Shown: one piece after another, positions 8,799 through 16,725 of the stretch | Layout of the letters: each line of letters begins with the position of its first letter | Numbering within the stretch: the stretch's first letter is position 1 | Virus genome (UHGV): UHGV-0111856 | Length of the DNA stretch: 47,833 nt | From: a virus | Strand: one strand, 5' to 3' | Position numbers and translations under genes: made by a program | Notes under the pieces: model-generated | Told to the model about the DNA's origin: nothing | Seen by the model: only the letters and a program-made list of their open reading frames with translations | Databases searched by the model: none

Positions 8799-9053
8799 AT
8801 GTCTTTAAGCTTTGGTGAGGCATTAGAGGAGATGGAGATTGGATGCAAGGTCGCAAGAAGCGGGTGGAATGGAAAGGGTATGTTCCTGTTCATGATAGCA
8901 GGGGGAGCATGGGATTTTGAGTGCGACATTGATGGGGTTGACGGGCTTAATACGCTACCTTTTATCTGCATGAAAACGGCTGATGGGAAACTGGTGCCAT
9001 GGCTGGCAAGCCAAACCGATATGATCGCTAGCGACTGGATGGTTATTAGTTGA
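8799..9053 (+). CDS. DUF2829-like small protein (Tad2 anti-Thoeris sponge family candidate)
   Basis: 84 aa; N-terminal F-GEAL-x-M-x-G-x-KVAR-x-GWNGKG and C-terminal KTADGKLVPWLASQTDMIASDW blocks resemble the DUF2829 signature from memory; AGGTG RBS; terminator follows. Confidence 0.5.
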   Translation: MSLSFGEALEEMEIGCKVARSGWNGKGMFLFMIAGGAWDFECDIDGVDGLNTLPFICMKTADGKLVPWLASQTDMIASDWMVIS

Positions 9054-9054
9054 C

Positions 9055-9085
9055 AGCAAAGCCCCTTTATGGGGCTTTTTTATTG
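9055..9085 (+). terminator. rho-independent terminator
   Basis: AAAGCCCC-tttat-GGGGCTTT + TTTTTATT. Confidence 0.7.
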
Positions 9086-9235
9086 CTACAGGAATTGGGG
9101 TGCAGGGCCATATTCATCCTTTGCCGACTTGCTATACCGGCTTTTGCGTGCTGGTTGATAACCAGCCCTGCCTGACGCCACATTAGACGCCATCTTGTTG
9201 TATTTTTGCTTTGCGATGTCTTCTTTCATATCATC

Positions 9236-9484
9236 TCACTTGCCAAAATTGTCACGATACCAATCCTGCCAGTCGTAAATCGTCATCTTTCTTTTCGTGG
9301 CACATTCCGTGTTCTGGTTCTCCATAACGATGCTTTCGTCGCTATTTTTTGGCGCCACTTTCGACAATTCGCACACCTGACCCAGCATCTCTGCTGACGG
9401 AGGCGTCGGCGTCGAGGGATTGTTGGCGCAACCGCTGATAGTTGTCATCAAAAACACACACATTACGATTCGGGTCGGAGACAT
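9236..9484 (-). CDS. o-spanin (Rz1-like outer-membrane lipoprotein), overlapped architecture
   Basis: lipobox LMTTISGC, Pro-rich mature region; begins inside the i-spanin gene in another frame and extends past its stop. Confidence 0.6.
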   Translation of the reverse strand: MSPTRIVMCVFLMTTISGCANNPSTPTPPSAEMLGQVCELSKVAPKNSDESIVMENQNTECATKRKMTIYDWQDWYRDNFGK

Positions 9485-9722
9485 ATTTCACCACGTCACG
9501 GTAAATGGTTTTGTATTTGGTTTCAGTCACAACGCGTACCTGCTGAGATTGCGTCGTGGACTTAGCCTGCTTGCTTTGCGCCTCCTGCCTGCGCTTTTCT
9601 GCATCACGATTAACTTTTTCGCTGTGCGCATACCACCCTTTCAGGTATCCAGTGCCATAACCAGATGCGGCAATGATTACCGCGACGCCTATGGCGATTA
9701 GAATTAACTTAATTCTGGTCAT
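9342..9722 (-). CDS. i-spanin (Rz-like)
   Basis: N-terminal transmembrane segment then charged coiled-coil periplasmic domain; follows holin. Confidence 0.65.
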   Translation of the reverse strand: MTRIKLILIAIGVAVIIAASGYGTGYLKGWYAHSEKVNRDAEKRRQEAQSKQAKSTTQSQQVRVVTETKYKTIYRDVVKYVSDPNRNVCVFDDNYQRLRQQSLDADASVSRDAGSGVRIVESGAKK

Positions 9723-9942
9723 TTTTCAGCGCCTTAATCTCTTTCTTCATGCCGTGCATTTTTCCAAACAGCGAGGCAAGAAGGATACTGTAGCTGATCG
9801 CCTTGACCGCAATGGGCGGAATGGCAGACTTGAGGTCTTCAGGCATGAAAGCCCATACGTGAACCATGGCGTCAGGCCAGAGCTGAATCAGCGAGCAGAA
9901 TGACGCCCAAATGCCGATAAGCCAGTTACTGAGGCGCCTCAT
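9709..9942 (-). CDS. holin (two TMD, class II/pinholin-like)
   Basis: 77 aa, two hydrophobic helices and a charged C-terminus; between endolysin and spanins. Confidence 0.5.
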   Translation of the reverse strand: MRRLSNWLIGIWASFCSLIQLWPDAMVHVWAFMPEDLKSAIPPIAVKAISYSILLASLFGKMHGMKKEIKALKNDQN

Positions 9943-10376
9943 GACATGTAGACCTGACGTTCTGCCGCCCGGCGCTTGGTGAGTCCGTTCATGACCTTGC
10001 CATTAGCGCGATTCCATACCCGGAACTGGTCAGCGGCGCAGGTATAGCAGCGGGCGTTATGCTTTTTCAGAAGCGTTGATTTGCCAAAGTTACCAAGTCC
10101 GATGTTATAGGCCAGCGACACCATTGCATCAAACTGGCCCTGAGTTGTTGGAGCGGTGACGAGTGACGAAACGCCGCTTTCAAATTTCGCTACGTCTTTA
10201 TCAAACCATGCGTCAGCCATTGCCTGCGTGACCTTCATTCCCGGCTTAACGTCGCTTCCGGTATGACCGTATCCAGCAGTGTACGGAGCGCCTCCGGTTG
10301 CCGGGTCGGGGTAGACTGCAAGCACCAACCCCTCATGAGATTTAATTAAATTCTTTCCGCACGTTGATAGTTTCAT
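9939..10376 (-). CDS. endolysin, GH24 phage lysozyme
   Basis: HEGLVLAVYPDPATGGAPYTAGYGHT catalytic E-D-T triad region of the T4-lysozyme family; AGGT RBS; no signal-anchor, so soluble. Confidence 0.85.
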   Translation of the reverse strand: MKLSTCGKNLIKSHEGLVLAVYPDPATGGAPYTAGYGHTGSDVKPGMKVTQAMADAWFDKDVAKFESGVSSLVTAPTTQGQFDAMVSLAYNIGLGNFGKSTLLKKHNARCYTCAADQFRVWNRANGKVMNGLTKRRAAERQVYMS

Positions 10377-10417
10377 TTGTTACCTCCGGTGATGCAGATT
10401 ATTTTATCATAATCCTA

Positions 10418-10429
10418 TTGACGTAGATT
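10418..10429 (+). promoter_or_regulatory. TTGACGTAGATT promoter module upstream of plus-strand cassette
   Basis: exact 12-mer 46 nt upstream of the 10475 start; a second GATGcAGATT lies 17 nt further upstream. Confidence 0.4.
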
Positions 10430-10474
10430 GAATCGTAGGCCATGATGTAGATACACAAACACAGGAGAGTAAAA

Positions 10475-10765
10475 ATGGAAAAATTAATCGCAGTAGCAAT
10501 TATCGCAATGGCTTCATTTGGTGCGTCGGCTGGCGAGTTTTGCAATGCAGTTGGTGAGTTCGGTGAAGCGGCAGCAGAAGCTCGTGATGCTGGCGTATCA
10601 AAGCAGCTCGCGCTGATGGTTTCTTCTGGAGGCCAGTATAGCGCTGAATTTAACCAACTCAGCAAGGCCATCGTTGATGGGGCATACAAAATGACAGACA
10701 AGACACCGAAAGAAGTTGCCGCTGCCGCCCGTGAAGTCTGCCTGTCAACGATGGGCGACAAATAA
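10475..10765 (+). CDS. secreted small periplasmic protein (signal peptide, 2 Cys)
   Basis: strong AGGAG RBS; N-terminal hydrophobic core ending ASA-GE; diverges from the lysis cassette. Confidence 0.55.
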   Translation: MEKLIAVAIIAMASFGASAGEFCNAVGEFGEAAAEARDAGVSKQLALMVSSGGQYSAEFNQLSKAIVDGAYKMTDKTPKEVAAAAREVCLSTMGDK

Positions 10766-10897
10766 TGTGCCCGCGCCTGATGTTTAAGGCCCGCAATCGC
10801 TACGTAAGGATGGTGATGCGCGGAATGGATGAGCATGCAGCATGGCTGAATGTGATGGGTGAACTGAAAAGCATTTATAACGGAGATAAGAAATGAA
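10766..10897 (+). CDS. possible 43-aa basic peptide, translationally coupled on both sides
   Basis: TAATG start overlap and AAATGA end overlap with neighbours; short, so uncertain. Confidence 0.3.
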
Positions 10898-11687
10898 TCT
10901 GATTGATATTTTGGTTGAAGAACTGCCGAAGCGCGGTGGCTGGCCGGAGGGTGTTAGTAAAATATCCTCTACATCATGCGGACGCGTGTTCTTCGATGGT
11001 CAGTCGCCGCATGGATTTACTTTACCTGCAGCATCCGACGCATGGGACAGTCATAAACACCCATTCAGTTACACAAATGCGGTCACCCGCGAACAGTACG
11101 AAGCCGCGCTGGCCGCCAAAAATGAAGGCTGGATTGAGTGGGGTGGCGGTGAATGCCCGGTTGATGCCAGTGAAATGGTTGATGTTATATTCGGGCACGG
11201 TGGGAGAATGTCCACCAATATTGCAGACTGTTGGCGCTGGAATCATGAAGGAACTGATTCTGACATCATCGCCTACCGCCTGCACCAGCCGCAGGAAGCA
11301 GTACATCCCAAGGCCGATGACGAAGCCGACCTGAATGAGTGCATTGGCCAGGATTCTGCAACGGTTTGGAATGGCGAGGGCGTGATACCTCCAGTTGGTT
11401 TCGTGTGCGAACGCTCATGGGCTGGCGATGAATGGCAGTCATGCAAAATACTCTTCGCAAGCGGTCAAATTGTTGTAGTTAAGTTGAAAGAAAGCGGCAT
11501 GGAGGATGCCTATAACATTGGCGACGTCACATTCCGCCCTACCCGCCAAATCCGCTCAGAAGCAGAGCTGAAGCGCGAAGAGGCAGTGAAAGCAATTATG
11601 TTAACAGGATGGTGCCAGTCTGCTGCCGAGGAAATTTACGACCTCGTTGCTGCTGGAAAAGTGCCTGGCATGAAGCTGGATGATTGA
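10893..11687 (+). CDS. hypothetical protein (264 aa), Cys/Trp-rich
   Basis: GGAGAT RBS; no recognisable motif. Confidence 0.55.
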   Translation: MNLIDILVEELPKRGGWPEGVSKISSTSCGRVFFDGQSPHGFTLPAASDAWDSHKHPFSYTNAVTREQYEAALAAKNEGWIEWGGGECPVDASEMVDVIFGHGGRMSTNIADCWRWNHEGTDSDIIAYRLHQPQEAVHPKADDEADLNECIGQDSATVWNGEGVIPPVGFVCERSWAGDEWQSCKILFASGQIVVVKLKESGMEDAYNIGDVTFRPTRQIRSEAELKREEAVKAIMLTGWCQSAAEEIYDLVAAGKVPGMKLDD

Positions 11688-11883
11688 TATGTACAGAATG
11701 AGCAAGAAAAGCCTTGCCGGAAGAATTGTTATGGCGCCACTATTTTTCATTGTTTTGGTTGTCGAGGTGATACTGAATAAAGCTGATGACTGGGGCTATT
11801 ATGTAAGACGCCTCAGGATTAAGATGACTGACTTTGTTGATAAGAAGTTTCCATTGGCAAACAACAAGAAAACTAAGATTTAA
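11680..11883 (+). CDS. small membrane protein (67 aa)
   Basis: one transmembrane helix (APLFFIVLVVEVIL); followed by weak hairpin terminator near 11884-11912. Confidence 0.45.
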   Translation: MIDMYRMSKKSLAGRIVMAPLFFIVLVVEVILNKADDWGYYVRRLRIKMTDFVDKKFPLANNKKTKI

Positions 11884-11896
11884 CAAAAGGCCGCCA

Positions 11897-12841
11897 TCAG
11901 GTGGCTTTCTTGTGTGTGTCCTGCCATGCTTCACGCTGCTTATCGAGTCTTTCCTGCGTTTTTTCAAGTATCACAGGCTTGCCATCCATCACCAGTGCTG
12001 GGGTTTGCGCACAGTGGCAGTTACGGCGGTTTGCGCCTTCGCTGTAGAACTCATCAATCTCTTCAGGGGTGTAATACTTCCCATGACGAGCGGCATGAGT
12101 GACGCGGGTGGTTTTCATTAGCGCCGACTGCCAGAGCATGATGGTGTCCATACCCAGCGTGACTTGCGCCTCTTTCACTTCGCGCCTGTTAGCCTCGCGC
12201 AGGGTGTTGGTGATTTCAGTCTGAGCAATGGAGCGCGCATAGCTCCTTGATACATCCATGCGGTTAACGATGTTTTGTTCAACCACTCCAGGAGCGTCGC
12301 CATTTGCAATGCCAGCAGTGATGACTTCCGCCACCTGTTGCCGCGTGTAATCTGAAAGGCCACCCCAATCGTTATACGTGCGCGTATACGCAAGTTGAAG
12401 CCTGTCGAGATAAGGCTGAGAGTACAGGATTTCAGCAAGCGGCCTGGTGTCTTTGTATGCCGACGACAGGTCGCCAAGGTCTGAGTTGGCCTTCTGCGTA
12501 CCGGCATACATGGCGTCGCTGACGTAGGATGATGCCCACATCCGTCCATGCGTGAAATCATCGCCTTCCAGCAACTGATTATCAAGAATGCGCTGAAGCT
12601 CATCAAAGAATGTCGATGCGCGGTAGGCAGAGAAATCATAATAATAATTTCCAGCCTCAGCATTACCGGTTGCCACAGGAATAGTGCGGAACAACCCGGC
12701 AACCTGCGATTTTAGCGTCACATATCTGGCGTCAACATCACGCACCATCTTATTGACGCGACCCACTGCGCCGAGCGGGTCTGTCAGGCTCATGCTTAAT
12801 TTTGGCTGCGGAAGCCGGGCATTAATTTTGAGGAGGCGCAT
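11897..12841 (-). CDS. minor head / head morphogenesis protein, SPP1 gp7 / Mu F family
   Basis: C-terminal block [14 protein letters not shown]...HGKYYTPEE...RRNCHC typical of the Phage_Mu_F domain; immediately downstream of portal with 20-nt overlap. ORF track starts at 12940 but that start lies inside the portal gene. Confidence 0.75.
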   Translation of the reverse strand: MRLLKINARLPQPKLSMSLTDPLGAVGRVNKMVRDVDARYVTLKSQVAGLFRTIPVATGNAEAGNYYYDFSAYRASTFFDELQRILDNQLLEGDDFTHGRMWASSYVSDAMYAGTQKANSDLGDLSSAYKDTRPLAEILYSQPYLDRLQLAYTRTYNDWGGLSDYTRQQVAEVITAGIANGDAPGVVEQNIVNRMDVSRSYARSIAQTEITNTLREANRREVKEAQVTLGMDTIMLWQSALMKTTRVTHAARHGKYYTPEEIDEFYSEGANRRNCHCAQTPALVMDGKPVILEKTQERLDKQREAWQDTHKKAT

Positions 12842-14252
12842 CGGTCTGGCCCTGCTGTTGGTCTTGCTGCTGACCTTCCTGTAATCCGTCAGGAAGCTGC
12901 TCTTCCAGAGGCTCCATACCAACAATTCCGCGCATCTCATCTGCGGTCATCAGGGCCATCTGGCCCGCATCGAATACGGATTTGTTTGCAGCGGCAAGTT
13001 TGACCAGCAGGTCGGCCTTGTTCAGTTCGGAAGGTGCAAGCAGGTCATCCCATTTGCAGTAATAACCGCTCTCTGGCGCTTTATCCAGAATGCCAAAGGA
13101 AATCATCCGGTCAATGAACACCGAAATGATGTAATCCAGCCAGTCTTCGCGGCGCTGCTTGGCGCTCATGGCGTCGTCGGTTTTATCCTCATCGGATGCA
13201 AGGCGGCCAGTTTGCTGACCAAACAGGATGGTGAATGGCTTCTTGATGGATGCCGCAAACTGGTTGGCTGCAATAGTCCACGTCGGGCTCGGGTCTGCTG
13301 GTGTCACTGAGAGTACTTTGACATCAGCGCCCATCGTGAACATCGCCGCGTCAATCGCCTCATTCAGGCGCGCCACATCCTCATTGAGCACATCTGCCAG
13401 CTCTTCCAGTGGCACATCCATTTGCTGCGCCAGAGACCGAGCGGAAACTGACTCTTTGTTGTAGTTAACATTTAGCTGTCGGCTTGCATTCTTCAGGAAG
13501 CCCTCGGCGCTTGAGCCGGTTACTTTCGCCATGTCGATGAGATGGTTATACCCGGCACGCAGAAGCGGAACGCCAGAGTAAATCGAGCCATCCATCGCAC
13601 CCTCGGCAAATACGATAATGCGATCGGGATGAATGCTCAGGGAACGTGTTGGTTTGCCGTCGCTGTTGCGGGCGCCGACTACCGACTCCTGATATTCGTA
13701 CATCTTCGGTTGACCATAGTCCTCGCTGGATTCGTCATTTTCCCATTCACTTACGCGGAGCTGCTCTTCCCATGCCGGAATGTAGCGGACAATGGCAGCA
13801 TCCTTGATGCGTTTTGTTTTCGTGATGTCTACCGGCTCATTCCACTGCTTTCCGTCACGGATTTGTAGTATGAGGCCGGAGTAGCGATTGATGAGGTTGC
13901 GGCGGTCTGCATCCTTGATAAATGGCGCAGCGCGCTTAAACAGCTTATTGGCAGCTTTCTCCCACGGAGTGCTTGCTTTATCATCGGCACCTTCCTGAAG
14001 GATTTGCGGCGGAGTCTGCCAGCACTTATCGAGTACGCGGTTAACGCCAGCTGTTGCCGGTGCATAGCGCTCATAGGCATAGCGGAACATCTCGGCGGTG
14101 ATTTCTTCAGGGTAGCCGCATTCGACCCACAGCCTGTCGTGTTTGTGGTCGATGTTCTTCCCACCAAACTCCCGACGCTGCCGCTCGATGAGCCTGTTAT
14201 TGTTCGCCACTCGCTGCTGAATATAGGCGTTTACCGCCTCTAACTTTGACAT
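12822..14252 (-). CDS. portal protein
   Basis: 476 aa, acidic/Gln-rich C-terminus; lies between terminase and the Mu-F-like gene. Confidence 0.65.
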   Translation of the reverse strand: MSKLEAVNAYIQQRVANNNRLIERQRREFGGKNIDHKHDRLWVECGYPEEITAEMFRYAYERYAPATAGVNRVLDKCWQTPPQILQEGADDKASTPWEKAANKLFKRAAPFIKDADRRNLINRYSGLILQIRDGKQWNEPVDITKTKRIKDAAIVRYIPAWEEQLRVSEWENDESSEDYGQPKMYEYQESVVGARNSDGKPTRSLSIHPDRIIVFAEGAMDGSIYSGVPLLRAGYNHLIDMAKVTGSSAEGFLKNASRQLNVNYNKESVSARSLAQQMDVPLEELADVLNEDVARLNEAIDAAMFTMGADVKVLSVTPADPSPTWTIAANQFAASIKKPFTILFGQQTGRLASDEDKTDDAMSAKQRREDWLDYIISVFIDRMISFGILDKAPESGYYCKWDDLLAPSELNKADLLVKLAAANKSVFDAGQMALMTADEMRGIVGMEPLEEQLPDGLQEGQQQDQQQGQTDAPPQN

Positions 14253-14261
14253 TTCGTCACC

Positions 14262-14292
14262 ATAAAAAATCCCATCGCATGGATGGGATTAT
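14262..14292 (-). terminator. rho-independent terminator (minus strand) upstream of portal
   Basis: AATCCCAT-7nt-ATGGGATT; T-run on the minus-strand reading. Confidence 0.55.
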
Positions 14293-14299
14293 AGCATGG

Positions 14300-14812
14300 T
14301 CAAGGGTTGTTTTTTCTTACCATTTCAGCGACCCGCTCCCTTGCTGAGATGGAAGCCATTTCTGCCTCCTCTACTGTTTTATAGTACCCAAGAGATTCCT
14401 GCTTCCCATTGATGTATATTGTTGCCAGATACCTTCCTGATGGTTTATGCAATGTCACTCCGAGAATTCCAAGCGAGTTACTCTTTGGTAACTTGTAAAA
14501 ATTCCTCTTTGCTATTTCATTATTCCCAATATTTCTGCAACCTGATGGAGATATCGAAAGGTCATCCCACCTTGAGCTGAATGGGTTCTGAGATATTGAG
14601 TACACATTTTGATCTGCAGGAGGAAAATCACCGGTCATATATAACCATGCCAGGCGCCTTGCTGTATAGGCTTTTCCAAGCACTATTATGTGGCATCCAT
14701 GACTCGATCTTGTGCCTGCAACCTTTCCCTTCCTTTTGCCTTTAATCCATACAAATCTACCTGATTCAGGATGATATGATAGCCATTCTTTTAATTCGCT
14801 CTGAGTTATCAT
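14300..14812 (-). CDS. degenerate HNH-AP2 homolog (catalytic motif lost, AP2 DNA-binding domain retained)
   Basis: aligns with the HNH-AP2 paralogs (RLAWLYMTGDF) but DH-N...N motif replaced by VYSISQNPFSSRWDDLSISPSGCRN; AP2-like LGILGVTLHKPSGRYLATIYINGK present. Confidence 0.6.
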   Translation of the reverse strand: MITQSELKEWLSYHPESGRFVWIKGKRKGKVAGTRSSHGCHIIVLGKAYTARRLAWLYMTGDFPPADQNVYSISQNPFSSRWDDLSISPSGCRNIGNNEIAKRNFYKLPKSNSLGILGVTLHKPSGRYLATIYINGKQESLGYYKTVEEAEMASISARERVAEMVRKNNP

Positions 14813-14821
14813 TATCCCACC

Positions 14822-15025
14822 TCAATCAACTCTACTAAGAAACAGCGCGCCAACCATAGACGCAACCAGCAGAAATACAGTAATGCGCAGCACGCCGATA
14901 TTCATGATATCACTCAGCATCGGTTGCTCCCATTTAATAAACCATGCAACCGGAAAGGCTAGTGCAAGGCATGCCATATATACCGCAAAGAGATATACCC
15001 ATGCCAAGAGAAATCGCTTCATCAT
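14822..15025 (-). CDS. small membrane protein (2 TMD)
   Basis: ATGA overlap with upstream gene. Confidence 0.45.
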   Translation of the reverse strand: MMKRFLLAWVYLFAVYMACLALAFPVAWFIKWEQPMLSDIMNIGVLRITVFLLVASMVGALFLSRVD

Positions 15026-15222
15026 TCCACCTTTTCGAATTTATCAAAAATAACAGAATATCCGCTTCCTCCTTTTGAGTTAATGTATTGAACTTGCTTG
15101 TCGTAAGCAGCATCAAAGCCTTTTACGGCATCTGATGCCGTTACAGTCCCGCAGAAGTTGCCAACATTGCGCCCGGATGCTGGTTCCTCAATGTGACCGC
15201 GATAAAAGTAAATACTCATCAC
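15022..15222 (-). CDS. hypothetical protein (66 aa)
   Basis: coupled operon member. Confidence 0.4.
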   Translation of the reverse strand: MMSIYFYRGHIEEPASGRNVGNFCGTVTASDAVKGFDAAYDKQVQYINSKGGSGYSVIFDKFEKVE

Positions 15223-15386
15223 TCAATCTCCTCGCCATCAACCCAGCGTTGCAGGACTTCGATAAGCTGCGCGGCCTGGTGTTTGTCGATGATAATAGCG
15301 TCACACCCCTGAGTAATCACCAATTCAGGACCAAACTTAATAGCTATTGCGCACATTGACGTTTTGGTTTCATCTTCAATAATCAT
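15220..15386 (-). CDS. hypothetical small protein (55 aa), not in ORF track
   Basis: ATGA overlap with the HslV-like gene stop; ends at the start of the next gene. Confidence 0.35.
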
Positions 15387-15871
15387 TTCATCCCCTCGCC
15401 ATGCTTGAATTGATAAGTTTTAACATTCGAGTCAGTGAAGGCATCCAGAACTGACGCAGTAATTACCGCCTGTTCAGCGGTCTGCCCCAAGTACATTGCG
15501 GTCATGGCAAAGTCGCGCCCACAGCCAGCGGCAAGCGGTGGAATGACTGCGTAAACCGCTGGATATTTATTGTCAGGAATCTTCTGGATGGCGAAGCAAT
15601 TCCCTTTGTCTGTGAACACCCACTGAGTAAAGTCCAGCTCTTCCGGCATCTCCATAATGTCATCAACAGCCCGCCGCATGAACTGCCTCGCGTATCTCTC
15701 ATCACCGGCAGCGCCGCTACCAACAATCAACACAGCCAGCTCACCGCAAATAAAAAACTTATCATTGGCATCAAGTACAAAAGACTTCTGCTGGTTAGCC
15801 ATAATCAGGCTTCCGGCAGTAGCCTGACTATCGTGCGCAATCGTAATCCCATCCCATGCAATTGTTGTCAT
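15383..15871 (-). CDS. HslV / proteasome-beta-like Ntn-hydrolase peptidase
   Basis: N-terminus M-TTIAWDG-TIAHDSQATAGS...M...K parallels HslV TTIVSV...IAGDGQATLGNTVMKGN.KK with Thr directly after the initiator Met; later G-x-AG and AAGCG (compare HslV AIGSGG) blocks; AGGT RBS. Confidence 0.55.
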   Translation of the reverse strand: MTTIAWDGITIAHDSQATAGSLIMANQQKSFVLDANDKFFICGELAVLIVGSGAAGDERYARQFMRRAVDDIMEMPEELDFTQWVFTDKGNCFAIQKIPDNKYPAVYAVIPPLAAGCGRDFAMTAMYLGQTAEQAVITASVLDAFTDSNVKTYQFKHGEGMK

Positions 15872-15883
15872 TTCATTACCTCA

Positions 15884-16033
15884 ATCATCAATCTTTACAG
15901 ATGAAGTCACAAGCACCGCAACAAAAAGAAACCATCCCCAGCCTTCTTTATTGTTGTATGCCAGCCACGCAGCCGCACAAATGGCAAATATTGTTGGCAA
16001 CTTCACCATAATCATAAACACTACATCCCTCAT
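15884..16033 (-). CDS. small membrane peptide (50 aa), not in ORF track
   Basis: ATGA overlap with upstream gene; two hydrophobic segments. Confidence 0.35.
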
Positions 16034-16269
16034 AAATCACCACCCTCATCGTTATTTAACTCAACATTCCGAAAGAAATCATTAATCGTCTTCAGCCCAC
16101 TGTATCCCCGGCGTCGCTGTAACTCACACAGCACCTCATCATACATGCGCAGCAGAATGGCCTCATCCACATCGTACCTTTTGCACAGCACCTCATCAGA
16201 CACACCAGCCCTTGCGAGTGAGTATATTTTTTCCTTCTGCTCCCAAGAAAAAGATGAATATGCCTTCAT
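16030..16269 (-). CDS. HTH-domain protein (putative transcriptional regulator), first gene of minus operon leading to portal
   Basis: SWEQKEKIYSLARAGVSDEVLCKRYDV helix-turn-helix-like segment. Confidence 0.45.
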   Translation of the reverse strand: MKAYSSFSWEQKEKIYSLARAGVSDEVLCKRYDVDEAILLRMYDEVLCELQRRRGYSGLKTINDFFRNVELNNDEGGDL

Positions 16270-16302
16270 GATGCCCCGGTGATGTAGTTATGTCAATGCG
16301 CC

Positions 16303-16331
16303 TTGACGTAGATTCTAGCATGGCGTAGATT
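16303..16331 (+). promoter_or_regulatory. promoter TTGACG-N17-TAGATT
   Basis: -35 at 16303-16308, 17-nt spacer, TAGATT at 16326-16331; start codon 16358 follows at about 27 nt. Confidence 0.55.
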
Positions 16332-16357
16332 AAAATGAAACCTCTCGGAGAAATCTT

Positions 16358-16648
16358 ATGAAATGTGTCATTTTCGAGCTTGATGGCGTGCTGCGTGATG
16401 TCGATGGTAATGCTATCACTGGCAACGTTGCGCTGGCTAAGTCGCTCTACTCTGCCGGGCATGATGTGCTTATCATGAGGGCAAAGCATGCTTATGAATG
16501 GCTGCATGCTAACGATATTTTCTATGATGACATCATGGCTTCTCACCAGCAGATTGACGCTGACAGAGTGGCAATGGCGGTCGTGTCTGATGATGTGATT
16601 TATGCCGCCATGCGCAACGCTGGGATTCATTGCTGGCTTTATAAATAA
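16358..16648 (+). CDS. small protein with HAD-like ELDGVL N-terminal motif (96 aa)
   Basis: GGAG RBS; FELDGVLRD resembles HAD motif I but the protein is too short for a full HAD fold. Confidence 0.4.
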   Translation: MKCVIFELDGVLRDVDGNAITGNVALAKSLYSAGHDVLIMRAKHAYEWLHANDIFYDDIMASHQQIDADRVAMAVVSDDVIYAAMRNAGIHCWLYK

Positions 16649-16661
16649 TTTATTGTAAACG

Positions 16662-16690
16662 TTGACGTGGATTCGTGGTTGATGTAGATT
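16662..16690 (+). promoter_or_regulatory. promoter TTGACG-N17-TAGATT
   Basis: -35 at 16662-16667, TAGATT at 16685-16690; gene start 16726 with AAGGGTGG RBS. Confidence 0.55.
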
Positions 16691-16725
16691 TATCAAAATA
16701 TAGTGATTTGGTTAAGGGTGGTAAG

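Noticed and set aside
9206-9397. 63-aa plus-strand ORF overlapping the spanin genes
   Set aside because: Antisense to the well-supported Rz/Rz1 pair; no RBS
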